Source: Auanema rhodensis
Lineage: Eukaryota; Animalia; Nematoda
Length of the DNA stretch: 64,000 nucleotides
Assembly (NCBI GenBank): GCA_964057225.1
Contig: OZ059896.1
Span: forward strand, 6,200,001-6,264,000
Direction: 5' to 3'
Shown here: positions 50,499 through 63,692 of the stretch, one piece after another
Layout of the letters: each line of letters begins with the position of its first letter
How positions within the stretch are numbered: position 1 is the first letter of the stretch
Notes under the pieces: model-generated
What the model was told of the DNA's origin: nothing
What the model saw: only the letters and a program-made list of their open reading frames with translations
The model's database searches: none
Program-made: the position numbers and the translations under genes

Positions 50499-52676
50499 TG
50501 GTATGATTCTTACGATCTGCAATTTACTAAGTCATTTATATCTAATTCTTGAGCTTCAATCATCTTTGTTCCAATCTGATATGTATTTTTTCTGTATTAT
50601 TATCGGCATAACCTTCATCAACAATATTATGAAAATATTTATCAATTCATAATCTTTGCAATATTAAATAACTTCAAATTGCCGTTGTTACTACTGTACT
50701 CTATAAGTTCAATATGCGGACACTTGACAACGTGATATTCACATGATTTCAATTATTTATTTCAAAGATGTTTGGAACAGTTGCATTTCATTTGCCATGT
50801 TTTCTTTTCCTTTATTTACATTTTTATTCTTTATTTGTTATGCTAAACTTTCTCTTCTTTTCTAATAGAATAATTTTCAATCCAGTTATCTTCACTAGAA
50901 CTATTTTGGAATTCGAGCTAAGAGATATTTCTCAAATAAAAAATAAAATATCTATATATATATATCTATATATATATTAAATTATGTATATGATACTTTG
51001 TGAAACAGTTCAAGAATCCAAAATTCATTTGATCATATACTATCACGTGGATATCAATCAATCTTAAGGATCATCTTTCTTGATATTATATATTTCTCAA
51101 ATTAGTTGTTCTCTTGTTCTTGTATCTTGTTAGAATATTCCATAATTGAAATATATTCTTTAAGAATTCCTAAAAAAAACTTTTTTTCTTTCTTATAATT
51201 AAACTTCTGCTTGTAAAATATTGTTTAGTATCTTTCTCACATTCTTATCTAATCAATGAATGCTATAATCTATGCATTTATTCACGTGTACAAGTCATAG
51301 AATCTTTGTTTTTGTTTGAGAACAAAGTATTATAATTATTAATTATTATTAATCTTATTTGGATTATAACGAAAAATCAGCAAAACAATGACCGTTTTGC
51401 AATTGTTGTTTGTATGCAAAAATATACAAACAAACCAATTCCAACTAGTTTTTTAATTTCTTTACACAGTAACAGCAGTAATAGCTCACACTTTAAAAAA
51501 TAACAAACTATTCGGAACTATAAATACCAAATAGTTAAAATGATAGTAAATTTTATTTTACTAGCTTTTTCGCTGTAGCTGATAAGTTCTTTTTTGCCAT
51601 TCGTTCCCTATTATTTCGAGACGATTAATCCATAATATGTTACATAATCGTTCTTTGATTTGATAATTTATCTAATAGTATAATTTGGCCGAAATTATCT
51701 TTGTGCTTAACTGATCATTGAACTATTGTCAGAGGCTTTGTACCGATTATACCAGAAGAAAGAGAAACCATTATTTTTTATGTATATAAGAATCCACTAT
51801 AGTTAACAATCCTTATTCAAACGAATAATGTTGATATAGTACTTTTCTCTTTGTTTTTAAATTTATTAACTTTTTACAAATAGTTTCTCTTTTGCCATTT
51901 ATTTGGAATGAATTATCAAATTCTTCTCTGACAAGAATAGATCAACACAGGCGGAGTACTATAGAACAAAGTACAGATTTTGATACTAATTCTAAGCCAT
52001 TTTGTTTGAAAAGTAATATTGTTCCGATATTAGGTCTCACAAATATATTTCACTTCTATATCAGGGCATCTCGTCTGTTATAAAGAAGTATGTTTTACTT
52101 TAATTATTTTATATTGTTGTGCACTATTTCTTTACTTTATTGTTTTATGTTATGCTCTTCCTATCTTTTGTACAACTGTCTTTCTCAATATTTTTATGAG
52201 AATTTTGTTGTTTTGTTATGTGTTCACTCAATAGTGATAGCTTCAATTTCTTGGCGGCAATCAGTTACTTAATCCCACATTTTGATAACATGGAACCCTG
52301 ATCAGCACATTTTTGGTTTCAACCTCCGCATGACTGCTTTCTTATCTCTGTATTCCAGTTTAATACATAAGCATCAAAAAATTTGACTTTCAACTGTTGT
52401 TAAAACGACCGAAGGTGTTTTGTAATTCACATGTGGCTAATGTGACCCAGCTCAGTTTTTTTCCGAACATTGTCCCTTTTTTTCTGTAGTTTGGACGTTT
52501 TTTGTGTTGGATGGTTGTTTATGTCCAATTTGAGACAAACACATTTCTATACGGATTACTTTTTGATTTTCTGTTCTCTAGTGATATCTCGAATTTCTAT
52601 ACATTAACATCATTGTTTGAATAGTTTCTGATCTATATTTTTGGATTTTTGGATTTTTGAATTCTTCATTTCAGTG

Positions 52677-54567
52677 ATGGCTCAGAATCTTCGTAGTCAG
52701 TTTGCTACTGACAAGGCAATTACTGCTAAATTCATGGAGCTCGACCAACGTGGCAAAGTTCAAGTTGTTTATATGTGGATTGATGGAAGTGGTGAAAACA
52801 TCCGTGCTAAGAGCAGAACCATTGACTTTGAGCCAAAGTCTCCTGAAGGTCAGTTCGTTTTTAGAGAAAAGATCTCAAAATTTTAGAATGAGAGTAAAAA
52901 TAGTTTAATGTCCTATAAACACAAATGAATATTCTTTGAAAGAATGCGATAGGGGTCATTTGTAAGTGGACTTAATAATGAGTTTACTAGATAAATGATT
53001 TTTTGATAAGAAATATTAGTTCAAAATAATCTTGTCTATTTGTTCTGAAATAAAATTTTTTCAGAACTTCCTATTTGGAATTTCGATGGTTCTTCTACTG
53101 GGCAAGCAGATGGTCCAGACTCTGATGTTTATCTGAAGCCGGTAGCCATATACCCTGATCCATTTAGACGTGGGGCCAACAAACTTGTGCTCTGCGAAAC
53201 TTTGGATAACAAGAAGCAACCAACTGGTAAGTATAAGAGATGATCATATGATTTTGAGCATTTAAACTGGGATGGGTGATTACAATTGCTGTAATAGGGG
53301 TCAGTAAAAATACTATGAAAGCTGTTAGATCAGTTTTGTAGATAAGCGATTTGATTATTTTATCGTGGCAGGGGAAAAAAAGGTTTAAAAGTCAAAAACA
53401 AATAACAAGAAACTTCTCGTTACTGTCTAATCCTCCACGAACTTTTGAATCCTTTTCGTAGTCTAATTGTTTAAATAGATTATTTTTAATCTTTTTGCAG
53501 CTCATTTGCTGTTTTATTGAAAAAAAAAGAAACTTCACTGATTTCAGCTACCAACCATAGATCTCGATGTGCGGAAATTATGTCGAAGCATTCCGACCAA
53601 AAGCCATGGTTCGGTATGGAGCAAGAATACACCCTTTTGGATTGTGACGGACATCCATTTGGATGGCCAAAGAATGGATTCCCTGGACCACAAGGTGAAA
53701 CCTTATATATCCATAAGAGATATTGGAAGTTTCTTATAAAATTTTAACTTTTGCATTTAAGGACCATATTATTGTGGAGTAGGATCAAATAAAGTGTATG
53801 GTCGAGATATTGTTGAGGCTCACTATCGTGCTTGCCTTTATGCTGGAATTCAAATCTCTGGCACCAACGCTGAAGTTATGCCAGCTCAATGGGAATTTCA
53901 AGTAGGACCATGTGAAGGAATTTCTATGGGTGATCAACTTTGGGTTGCTCGCTACCTTCTTCAAAGAGTTGCTGAGGAATATGGAGTTGTAGCTTCTCTT
54001 GACTGCAAGCCAATTAAGGGTAAATATAAAATATATTTGGATAGAATATATTCTATACGATAGGAGACTGGAATGGAGCCGGATGTCATACTAACTTCTC
54101 AACTGAAAAGATGCGTACTACAGGTGGAATAAATGAAATTATGGATGCTATCAACAAACTTAGTCTTGTTCATCGTCAGCACATCGCTTACTACGATCCC
54201 CATGGTGGAAAAGTAATTTATCTTTTTTAAAATTCAGTTACTGATCACTTATTAGGATAATGAGCGTCGTTTAACTGGTCTCCATGAAACTGCTAAGATT
54301 GACCAATTCTCATATGGTGTTGCATCTCGTGCTAGTTCTATTAGAATCCCTCGTTCAACCGAAGAGGATGGATATGTAAGAAGAAAATTAGAAACTTTTG
54401 TTTTAATTTTGTTATTTCAGGGATATTTCGAAGATCGTCGTCCTTCATCCAACTGCGATCCATACACTGTTTGTGCAGCCCTTGTACGCACATGTTGTGG
54501 TGATAATGCTGATCGCAAGTTGTCGATGATGTATGTTCCAAGTGCTGGCTCATTCCCCAGTCAATAA
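52677..54567 (+). CDS. GLUL: Glutamine synthetase (GS II); likely gln-3-type
   Basis: TTTCAG acceptor before ATG; [89 protein letters not shown]; stop TAA 54565-54567. Confidence 0.97.
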
Positions 54568-54935
54568 ATGAATATAACTTAATCTGTTTCTTTGATTTTT
54601 TGTCCTTTTTTTTATTATTATATACATATAATTATGATTATTGTTTAGTTTTTGTAAAAATAATAATAAAAAAAATAATATAAATTATTGTTTTGGATTC
54701 AAATCTCTGAAATGAGAAGCCATAAGAATAGATTAGAATTGTTAAAAAATCTAAAATATTTAAATAATTATCAGAAAGATTATTTTATAATAATGTATTT
54801 TCTTACAACGAATAATACTATTACAGAATATTAGAAAAACATAAAGCTTTGTATACATGATATTTATTTATTTTTATTGGTAAGTACGACATATAAACAT
54901 TATGATATGTAAATTTAACATTTAAAAAATCACAT

Positions 54936-55833
54936 TTAAGCTGGAATGATATTTTCTTGGCCCGTTTTTCCATTTGTTACAGTAATTGTCGATGGATTTA
55001 TTGAATCATCCTCCTGAGACGTTGAATATTAGAAATTTGGAAAAAAAATTTAAAACTGCAAAGCAAAGAAAAATTTGAAAGGGAAAGGAAACCTATGCTA
55101 AAACAAATGATATGAATAATGCCATAAGGATGTTACTACTTTAAAAGTGTATGTTTTAACTAATCTATGTATATTAATGCAAATGAAATAGTGAATAGAA
55201 AGAAGAGAGGGTGAATAGGGTAAAATATTGAGCATTTAGTATAAAAGCGTTTGTATACTAGAAAAGTTGTAATATATATAAGATATATTATAATGATATA
55301 TCGGACTTCTTTCATTCCTTATTAGCGATGTAGAAAGCTGTATAGTAGGATCATGCTATCCTGTTTTCTTCTTGTCATCTTCATGCAATTGTGGAAATAA
55401 CAGGTATGATGTGATTCTAATGCTGACGGCGACGGAGATATTGGCCTGTTTGTGTTGGCAAGAAGAATGGGAGAAATTTAGTTGTGAAGTAGTACACGTC
55501 CGTCTAATTCTAACAGAAAGGATGGTTTTAATTATTATTACTATTAAGCCGAATCTATGTTACCGTCAGCCCAGATGTAGCCGAAGAGGATGTCATCTCA
55601 TCTTCCGTTGCACCGTCCAAATTTAAAAACTGGGACTCTTCAGGTAACGGAAGATAAGCGACATTCTTATAGTAGTAGTAAGAAGATGAAGATGAATCAG
55701 CTACCTGATTGCTGGAACGGTACCAGTCCACTATACAGACTAGTGAGAACAAAAATAAAATTCCAAATAGTAAACAGATGGGAGCCAGTTGAGCAAATTC
55801 CATTTGACCTACGTCTTGCCAGTCAATTGACAT
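54936..55833 (-). CDS. Small single-pass membrane protein of unknown function (about 100 aa)
   Basis: CATATAG|ATG; MSIDWQDVGQMEFAQLAPICLLFGILFLFSLVCIVDW (TM); probable 39-nt in-frame intron; NVAYLPLPEE...SGLT, donor at 55563 joins in phase to exon 55013-54936 EDDSINPSTITVTNGKTGQENIIPA*. An alternative last exon near 55503-55417 is possible. Confidence 0.6.
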
Positions 55834-58800
55834 CTATATGGAAAAGAGCCTCTGATAGCACACAGTTTCCTAAATTCTGAATAACTTCCAACAGAAAACA
55901 GTATTCTCTCTCACCTGCAGGTTTAGAATCTTTTTTTCGAAAGTAAGTCCACTGATCTGTATCAGATACTTATATTAGTGTAACTGCAATAGTTCTTGTA
56001 AGAATAAGAAGATAGGAATAGTTCTCATAAACGTTTAAATAAATTGATTAAATATATTCATTATTTATAAAAAAATGTTAATCTTGAATTTTAATAACAA
56101 TAAAAATATATTTAGACTTATATACGTAATTGACTTTTAATATAAATGGCAGAGATTGAATAACTTTTTCGAATGAAAACGAATGATTAAAAGAAATCAA
56201 AAAATGAAAATGATATTATAAACTATGTATATTATATGTCTGTATATTCAACAATATATACAAGTTGTACAAATATTAGATAAAATAATTATATACAGTG
56301 AGTTTCAGAGAGATGTTTGAAAAGAATTGTGTGATTTAAGCCCATTTAGCAGCCACATAATAAATCAATAATATTTTGTCTACAAAAAATTTTATGAAGT
56401 GATATAGGATGTAGATGATAAGTTGAATTAGGAATGATTAAAAGTAAATAACCAACTTTAAAACGAACAGAGATAAACAAACACAATATTTGAGTAAAAG
56501 ACGATGAAAGCTTCTTCTCTTTCACTCATTCACTTCTATATATCTCTATCATTCTGTCTCACACTTTCAGCTCTTATTCGATCTTTTCTTTCAGCTTTCT
56601 TTGAATAGCGGTCAAGAAAAATCAATAAAAACAAATATATGAACTTTCTGTGAGTTCTATTGGCTTTGCTCTAAAATACAGGACAGACAGAACAGCATTA
56701 TCTCAATTTTCTCGAAGCCTCGAAACAATATGAAAAAAAGCACAAAGAGAGAGAGAGAGCACAAAATATGTATGTTTAAATTATATTATTGTTTAATTTA
56801 TAAAGTTATGATAAGATGAGGAAAGGGAATTATAATAATCTAAACAAATTACTAATGTTTAGAAAACCGATGAAAGAATTTTAATAAAATAATAAAACTG
56901 TATATAAGCTGGAACCTTGAGAAACAAGAAAAAAAGGAGATAAATTTGAAACATATGATGATAGCATAAGAATGAAACTGGTTTAATCGGTAGAAAAATC
57001 AATAATTTAATGTATCTTAACTATTTTGAAGTGAAGAATATGTTGAATAGAATGAACAGTTTTATGTATTATCCGTATAAATTTAGAAAATAAGGCAATT
57101 ATGATATTTCCATAAATAGAATAAAACATTTTGATTTTTTTTCTTAATTATAAAATAATGTTACATATTTAAAAGATAAGAATAGGAAAAGTGAACAAGT
57201 GCGCTTCTAACGATAGAAATACAACGATAAATGATTGCAAGCACGAAGAAAAACGAAATTAACTTGCGAATGACGGCTTTCACTTGTTCAAGAAGCTTTC
57301 ATATCTTCTAGTTTGTTTCTCTTTCACTTTTTATTTTGATTAACATACTTTTCCTTGTTTTTCTGGTTTTGAAAAATAAAAACTAAGAAAAAACTTCCAA
57401 ATTTAGAATATAAATTTTTACATTGATATTACCTCAGATAAGCTATATTTTCTAAAAAATATCTATTTCTTTTTATTTAAATTTATTTTTATTCTCATAG
57501 TATAGTATACTGTTGGAATTTCATTAACAATCTTGAATTGTAAAGATAGTTTAGTGATGCTTCTGAAATTTGAAAAAAAGATGAAGCAGTTTACACATAA
57601 AGTCGTTTTTGAAAAACTTTCTCGACGATTTCAATTGTTATTTGTTTTCTCTACATAACAGGTTTGTGCAATGATCAGAAAAGGAAGAAAACTGTTCATG
57701 AAAAACAGAATAAAGGGTCAAGTTCAATAAGTAGAAGAAACAGGAAAGGTATAATACGCATTAATAATACATTAGTGACATTTTTTTTTTTAAAAAATGT
57801 AAAAAATTTAGGTGAATATAGTTGTAAATCATTAAACATTCTTAACGATCTGACCAAATTCAATATATGAATATGAAAGGGAATATTTTGTTTAGACTAA
57901 TGAACCAGAGAATAAATCGAAATAGATGAGAAGCTGTTTATGAAGAACTATCAACAGAACAGATTTGTTATGATGACGCAGTTTGAGGATAAATTGAAAA
58001 ATCAAATAACTTGAAAATGAAACTTCACATTATATTGAAAATGATTATTGATGAAATATATTTTTAATATTATTCAAATAATAATAAAAAGTTATGAAAA
58101 CGTTATTTATTATAAAAATATTGAGAAGAACACATAATATGGTCCGGAAAGTGAACTACGATAGACAGTTGAATATTATGTACAAACATCACAAAATGAT
58201 GATATAATCACTAAATTATATATATATATAAGAAGAAGAAAGGCTTTCATTAATTATTAGGAAAGAAAACTTTTTATTTTATGGAAAATGAATGAAACAT
58301 CCAAAAAAAAAGTAATGAGATCAACACATATAATTAGAACAGAATAATATGATAGTTAATATATTAAAGGCCATGATAAATACAAATGTGACCCATATTC
58401 TTAGAAGAACAGTAATAATAATTGAAAATATTATAGTCCAGTTATGATGATTAATCCAAGTTCGAAATAGATCAGTCATATATTGAATGATAAAAAAATA
58501 TAAAGAATATAATAAAATAAACTATATGAAGTTAAAATATAAGATTCTTTTAAATTCAAAAAATAATATAATAATAAATATAAAATTGAATCTTCGAATA
58601 TTTTTTAATATTTTATTTAGTTAGAATTGTAGGATTTTTGATTGACATGTGTAATTCCAAAAATCATTTCAAAGTTAAAGATATCATTCAACCTGATGTT
58701 AAATTGTGATTATTTATATATAAAAAAGTGAGTTTTTTCGAAATAACACATTCATTTCATATATTTTCATACAAAATACATAATAAATATAATAATAACA

Positions 58801-59139
58801 ATCACATGTATGCTAGAGTTTGAGCTCTAAAATATTAAGAGAACCTTATCCTGTATTATATATCGTTCAGATATTTTCAAATAACAATCAATCGATCAAT
58901 GTTAAAAGCACCAGATTCAAATGGAATTATGAATTATATAAAAAATTTAAACAAATTCGATGATGACAATATATTGGAGGGTCTATGTACAATTAAAAAA
59001 ATGGAAAATGAAAACGATCATGAATGATTTATGAACAACTTGAAGGAATGAAACCATCCGTTTCAATTCGATATGTTTCTTGTGATGTAGTGTCATGTCA
59101 TGTTTGACATACGTAACATTTTTTAGATAAGCTAGCATC

Positions 59140-60671
59140 TTACAACCTTGTTGATTGTTCTCGACGCATTTCTTCAATATTAACATAAGCTGGCTCATCA
59201 AAAGGATCCTTTGTTGTATGAAAAACATCAGAAACAATCATACTATCACTAGTACCATATGGATCGATATCCTAAAAAACATTCTTTAAAATATAAAAAT
59301 TTGTTTCACAAGCCTCGAGTGATTTCGGAAGTGGTGGAACATATTCTAAAGGTGGCGCAGAAGCTATACCAACATCAACACCTCTTGTTTGTAGCTCTTT
59401 ATTCAAATAATATCTGGAATTAATAAGAAATAAAATAAATTATATGATACAATTAGACATACTGATATTGGTTATATCTCTGTTTTATTTGCCATGAATA
59501 TTGCTGTTCTTCTAAAGTCAAGATTCGCAAGAAGTTTTCTAATTCCGGAACTTCAAAAGCATCCCACTGAAAAATAATGAGATACGAATATTGCGATTTA
59601 AAAATAATTAAAACTAAATAATTAAATATATGTTTCACAACCTACCATGATATCACCAGTATCATTTTCTTGTAATACTAAAATATTACCACACTTAACA
59701 CTTGGCCAATTCAAGACAACTTTAAGAGGACAAACATCATCAGCTATTTTAATCATTTTTCCTATAAAATATTTAAATGAAAGAAGTATGTGTTGTGTGT
59801 TCAATGCCATAAAAGAAAATATACAATTTTAATTTGTATAATGTTGTTTTCTAGTAATTCTTTTCTTTTCCCGAGAATTTTACACATAGTAAAGTCAAGA
59901 TGTTGCCAATCAAGTTCATCAAGATGCCAGACACTTAAGAGCTCTTGAAAATAATTTCATATCCATATAAGCTGGACTTCTGATTAGGTCTGGGTGAAAG
60001 TCAAATATTCATTCAACTAACTTTTCTATTTCTTTTTTTTAATTGTTTTCTCGTTTTCTTCTAAAGAAAAACGTATTTGAATTCGGGAAAAGAGAAAGTT
60101 TTCATCCAAAGTATTATGAAAAAAATAAAATGAAACTTACGCATTAATGTTTCTTCATCTGCAGCATATGAACACTCATATAAAGCAAATTTTCTTGGGT
60201 TATCAGCTACTCGAAACTTTCGAAGAAGAGTTACAATCATTTGTCTTAAAACCGAGTAAATAGATGAAAACATATTAATTAAAGGAATATACCTTGTCGT
60301 CATTGTACTATTGATATTTATTGTTTTCACTGTATTTCTTGGCAAAAAGAAAGATGTTATAGTCCGTTGCTTCATTGTATTTGTGGAATTTACTGCAAAA
60401 AAAGACTTCAATTCTAACTGATTGGTAAAATCATTTTTGGATCAGAATACTTTCAAGATATTCATGAAAAGCAGAATATTATAAAATAAAACGATTAACC
60501 ATTAGTATATATGCAGTTGAGTACTAATGGATATCTTTTAACCGAGAAATATTTATGTACTTCTCGATTCATTTACATTCATATCTTAGTGTCTTCCTCA
60601 TTCTTCATCATCATGCTTTTCACGTATAGATAATTGAAAAATCTTCCCTCAACCTTAGCTATGTATTATAT

Positions 60672-60725
<54 letters not shown>

Positions 60726-63692
60726 CTTTTTCTTTCTTTAATTATAGACCTTCTCCTTATTCATCCTTGCTCAATACCTTTCAACATACTCCTTTCAACT
60801 TTGCGGTTTTCTAACAGCTCTTACTGATGGAGCTATGATTGAGTGGTATTGCTTCAGTTAATAAAGCCTAACAATGACATGTTTCTCTTATATTCACGAT
60901 CTAATGTCACTTAAATTGAAGGCAAGACGCATCATGTGCTTCTCTAACGCTTACTACTTATTGAATATCCTGTCTTCATTTATATTCGTCTGATTTATTT
61001 ATTCATCGTAAACTGCAGCTCTCCTTACTATTCAATAGCCTTTGGAAAATTTTTATTTTACTTACAACCAGTAACTCAGCTTCATTGTTTATTAAGGATG
61101 ATGTTAAGATTTATATTTTTAATTTTTAAAAATTAGTTTGATCAAGTAGTACTCTGATCTTTTCTTATATATTCATACTTACATACATATATATTATACA
61201 TATTTCTTCTATAAGTTCATAAAGTATCTTATGAACACATTTAATTTTATTTATTTTTAGTATCATTTTTCCAAATAAAAAAAACATTGAACGAATCATT
61301 ATAAACTTTCAGGAAATGGAACAAAAACCAAACTTTGGAATTGTTTTGCAAAATGTATTTGAAGAAGTTTCATATTTTAATTATATTGAACAGTAGAAAA
61401 AAATACTATATTTTAGGGAGAAAAATGGCCAAGTAAAAATATTGAAATAATTTCTCAGAATGATAATAATCAGGTATTTCAATAAATAGTTTGATAAAAA
61501 GAATATTTATATATAAACAGACTGAGAATATAACTGAAATAGCTAAACTGATTTCAACTCATATATCTGATATTTTAATTCAAAGACTTAATTTACAAGA
61601 AGACAATACTGTTCAACAGGCTCATACATCTTATAATTCTCATTCAAATCATAGAAAACGTATGTTTGTCTTATTGGTAATCTCTCAAGAGAATTTCAGC
61701 ACGGACTTCATCGTGTGACTCAAGAAGATCTTTGATGTCATCTCCTAAGCCTCCATCACACATCATTACAGAGGTTTTCAATTAGGTTTTCAACATTCAC
61801 TTATTTCAAATTCCAGAATACTTCGAAATTTCACAGTGAAAATCGTCTTAGTCGTACTGCTCGACCAACACCTACACCATTAGAAAATCGAGCTTTTCAA
61901 TTAAGACGGAAAAGCTTAGAGAGCAGAAAAGGTAATCAAAGTATATTTTTTGTTTTTTTTTGTCTTATTTTGATTTATCTCATTTTCAGTTCAATATACT
62001 AAACCATTGAACTCAAAACGATGTACTATTGAAGAATTACTATAATAATAATATCAAATAATACAAATAAGTTTAAATATTAATTGTAATTTTGAATTAC
62101 CTGTATTCCTAATATCATACACCGTAGGAGGATTCTCGCCAGCTACGATACTTATGGGCCGAGTGAAGTTCATATGAATCTGTATATGTCCAGAAAAGAA
62201 ATTTCCATCCGGACTCTGTGAAATAATATTCCTTCTGAATTTCATTTGGTTTCTATGAACCTACCAAAATCATTTGAAGTCCTTCCTCACTATTTAGATT
62301 ATATTCTGTAACTTTTCTTGCTAAATCATCTTCTTCATATTGTGCAGTCCATTCGCATGGCGTATCTTCTTTAACAAATAACTCATGAACTCTTAGTGTC
62401 TGTAATTGAAAGTATAAATAAATTTCAAATAATCATTGTAAACGATCACATAAAGTTAATCTAAACTCACTTTACCACTGGGAGCTTGTAATGTTACAAG
62501 ATTTTCCAACTTTCTGCTCGTAGCTGACGGTGCAAAAGATTTAGGAAGCGTCATGGACCCTGATTTTGGTAAAGCCAACGATGATTCCTGAAAGATATAT
62601 TTATAGTATACACAAAATGTGTTCAAAACAAAAAAAATGAAATAATATTTCGAAGTTTAAATCCTACTTCAGCTACGGTATTGCCATTTTCTTTGTCTGT
62701 ATCTAGCTTTGGAGATAAAGTATGACTAGCCAACATTTCTTTTAACTCTTTTGGAATTGTCCCTAAAGTCCCATCATTCAATTTTGGATACAAAGATTGA
62801 AATTCTCCTAAAGACATATAAAGAATTCCGATACTATAATTAAATAATGTTACCTGATGTTAGTGATGATCCAGCTGATCTACAATCTAAAGTTACAAGT
62901 TCTTGACAACGTTGATGACAAGTATAGTTACATTCTAAATATTAAATTTTGAATGGAAAGTTTAAGAAAAGTTTTTTACTTTCACACTTCACCGCTTGTC
63001 TTAGAATTCCCCATATGAAATCTCCGCACTTATCGCACCACGTTGGATGTAATAAGTTAATACATCTGAAAAAAATTATTTTGATGCAATGAAAGTTTTG
63101 AAAGTTCGGTAGCACTTACTGAAAGCTATGACCTTGTCCTTGATGTGCTTCTCCTGCTAATACAAGATCGTTCAAAGGTCCGAAATGCTGACGCTCCAAA
63201 GTGTCTGAAAACTGATGCGATGAGTCCAAATCAGCGAGCAAACAAGTGTTCCAATCCCAAGACTGAAGAAAGAAAGATATAGACAGATAATTTATCCAAA
63301 AAATATGTAAAAAAATTTAATTTAATGTACTTGATTACTGAAATAGTCTAAAGTGATTCTTTGAAAATGAAAAAAACTTGCATCATATTCCATAGCAGGC
63401 GTTTGAATTATATCGTCTAGCTTGATACTATTATAAGATATAACATCATCCAGCATATCATCATGATTTGAACTAATATTAGGTGTAGTGTGATTAACTA
63501 ATGATTTACCAAGCTGAAAATTCAATACTTGTACTGAACATTCAAATAGAACACAAATAATTCATGAATACTTGAAAAGAAAAACGAACCATGGCTGAAT
63601 TGGATTGATCCAGGTTTCCAATTCCTAACTGGCTCATCCACTCACTGATTCCAGTCAGCTGGGAGAGTTTTGCTCGAATACCAGAAAACCAG
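59140..63692 (-). CDS. rsf-1: Ras-association domain family protein RASSF (C1 + RA + SARAH); 5' end uncertain, possibly outside the window
   Basis: C1 domain GHSF..HPTWCDKCGDFIWGILRQAVKC..CNYTCHQRC; RA domain FSGHIQIHMNFTRPISI, TSFFLPRNTVKTININS, LLRKFRVADNPRKFALYE; SARAH LVLQENDTGDIMWDAFEVPELENFLRILTLEEQ; ends EQSTRL*. Confidence 0.93.
60676..60722. repeat. (CT)n microsatellite in RASSF intron
   Basis: Uninterrupted run of about 22 CT units. Confidence 0.95.
61316..62045 (+). CDS. Nested antisense gene in a RASSF intron; hypothetical 159-aa hydrophilic protein, 6 exons
   Basis: TTTCAG|GAA ATG; exons 61316-61354, 61417-61473, 61521-61659, 61700-61773, 61817-61931, 61990-62045; all five GT-AG introns (40-62 nt) are phase-compatible with no stops: MEQKPNFGIVLQNGEKWPSK...EIAKLISTHISDILIQRLNL...PLENRAFQLRRKSLESRKVQYTKPLNSKRCTIEELL*. 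Confidence 0.8.

Noticed and set aside
57192-58010. 10-bp inverted repeat (57192-57201/57281-57290) and exon-like Lys-rich fragments at 57662-57990
   Set aside because: No coherent gene model or RNA structure; stops interrupt the plausible joins.
59800-59990. Possible cassette exon in the RASSF intron 59763-60139
   Set aside because: The flanking exons join directly in frame within the RA domain, and the candidate frames end in stops.
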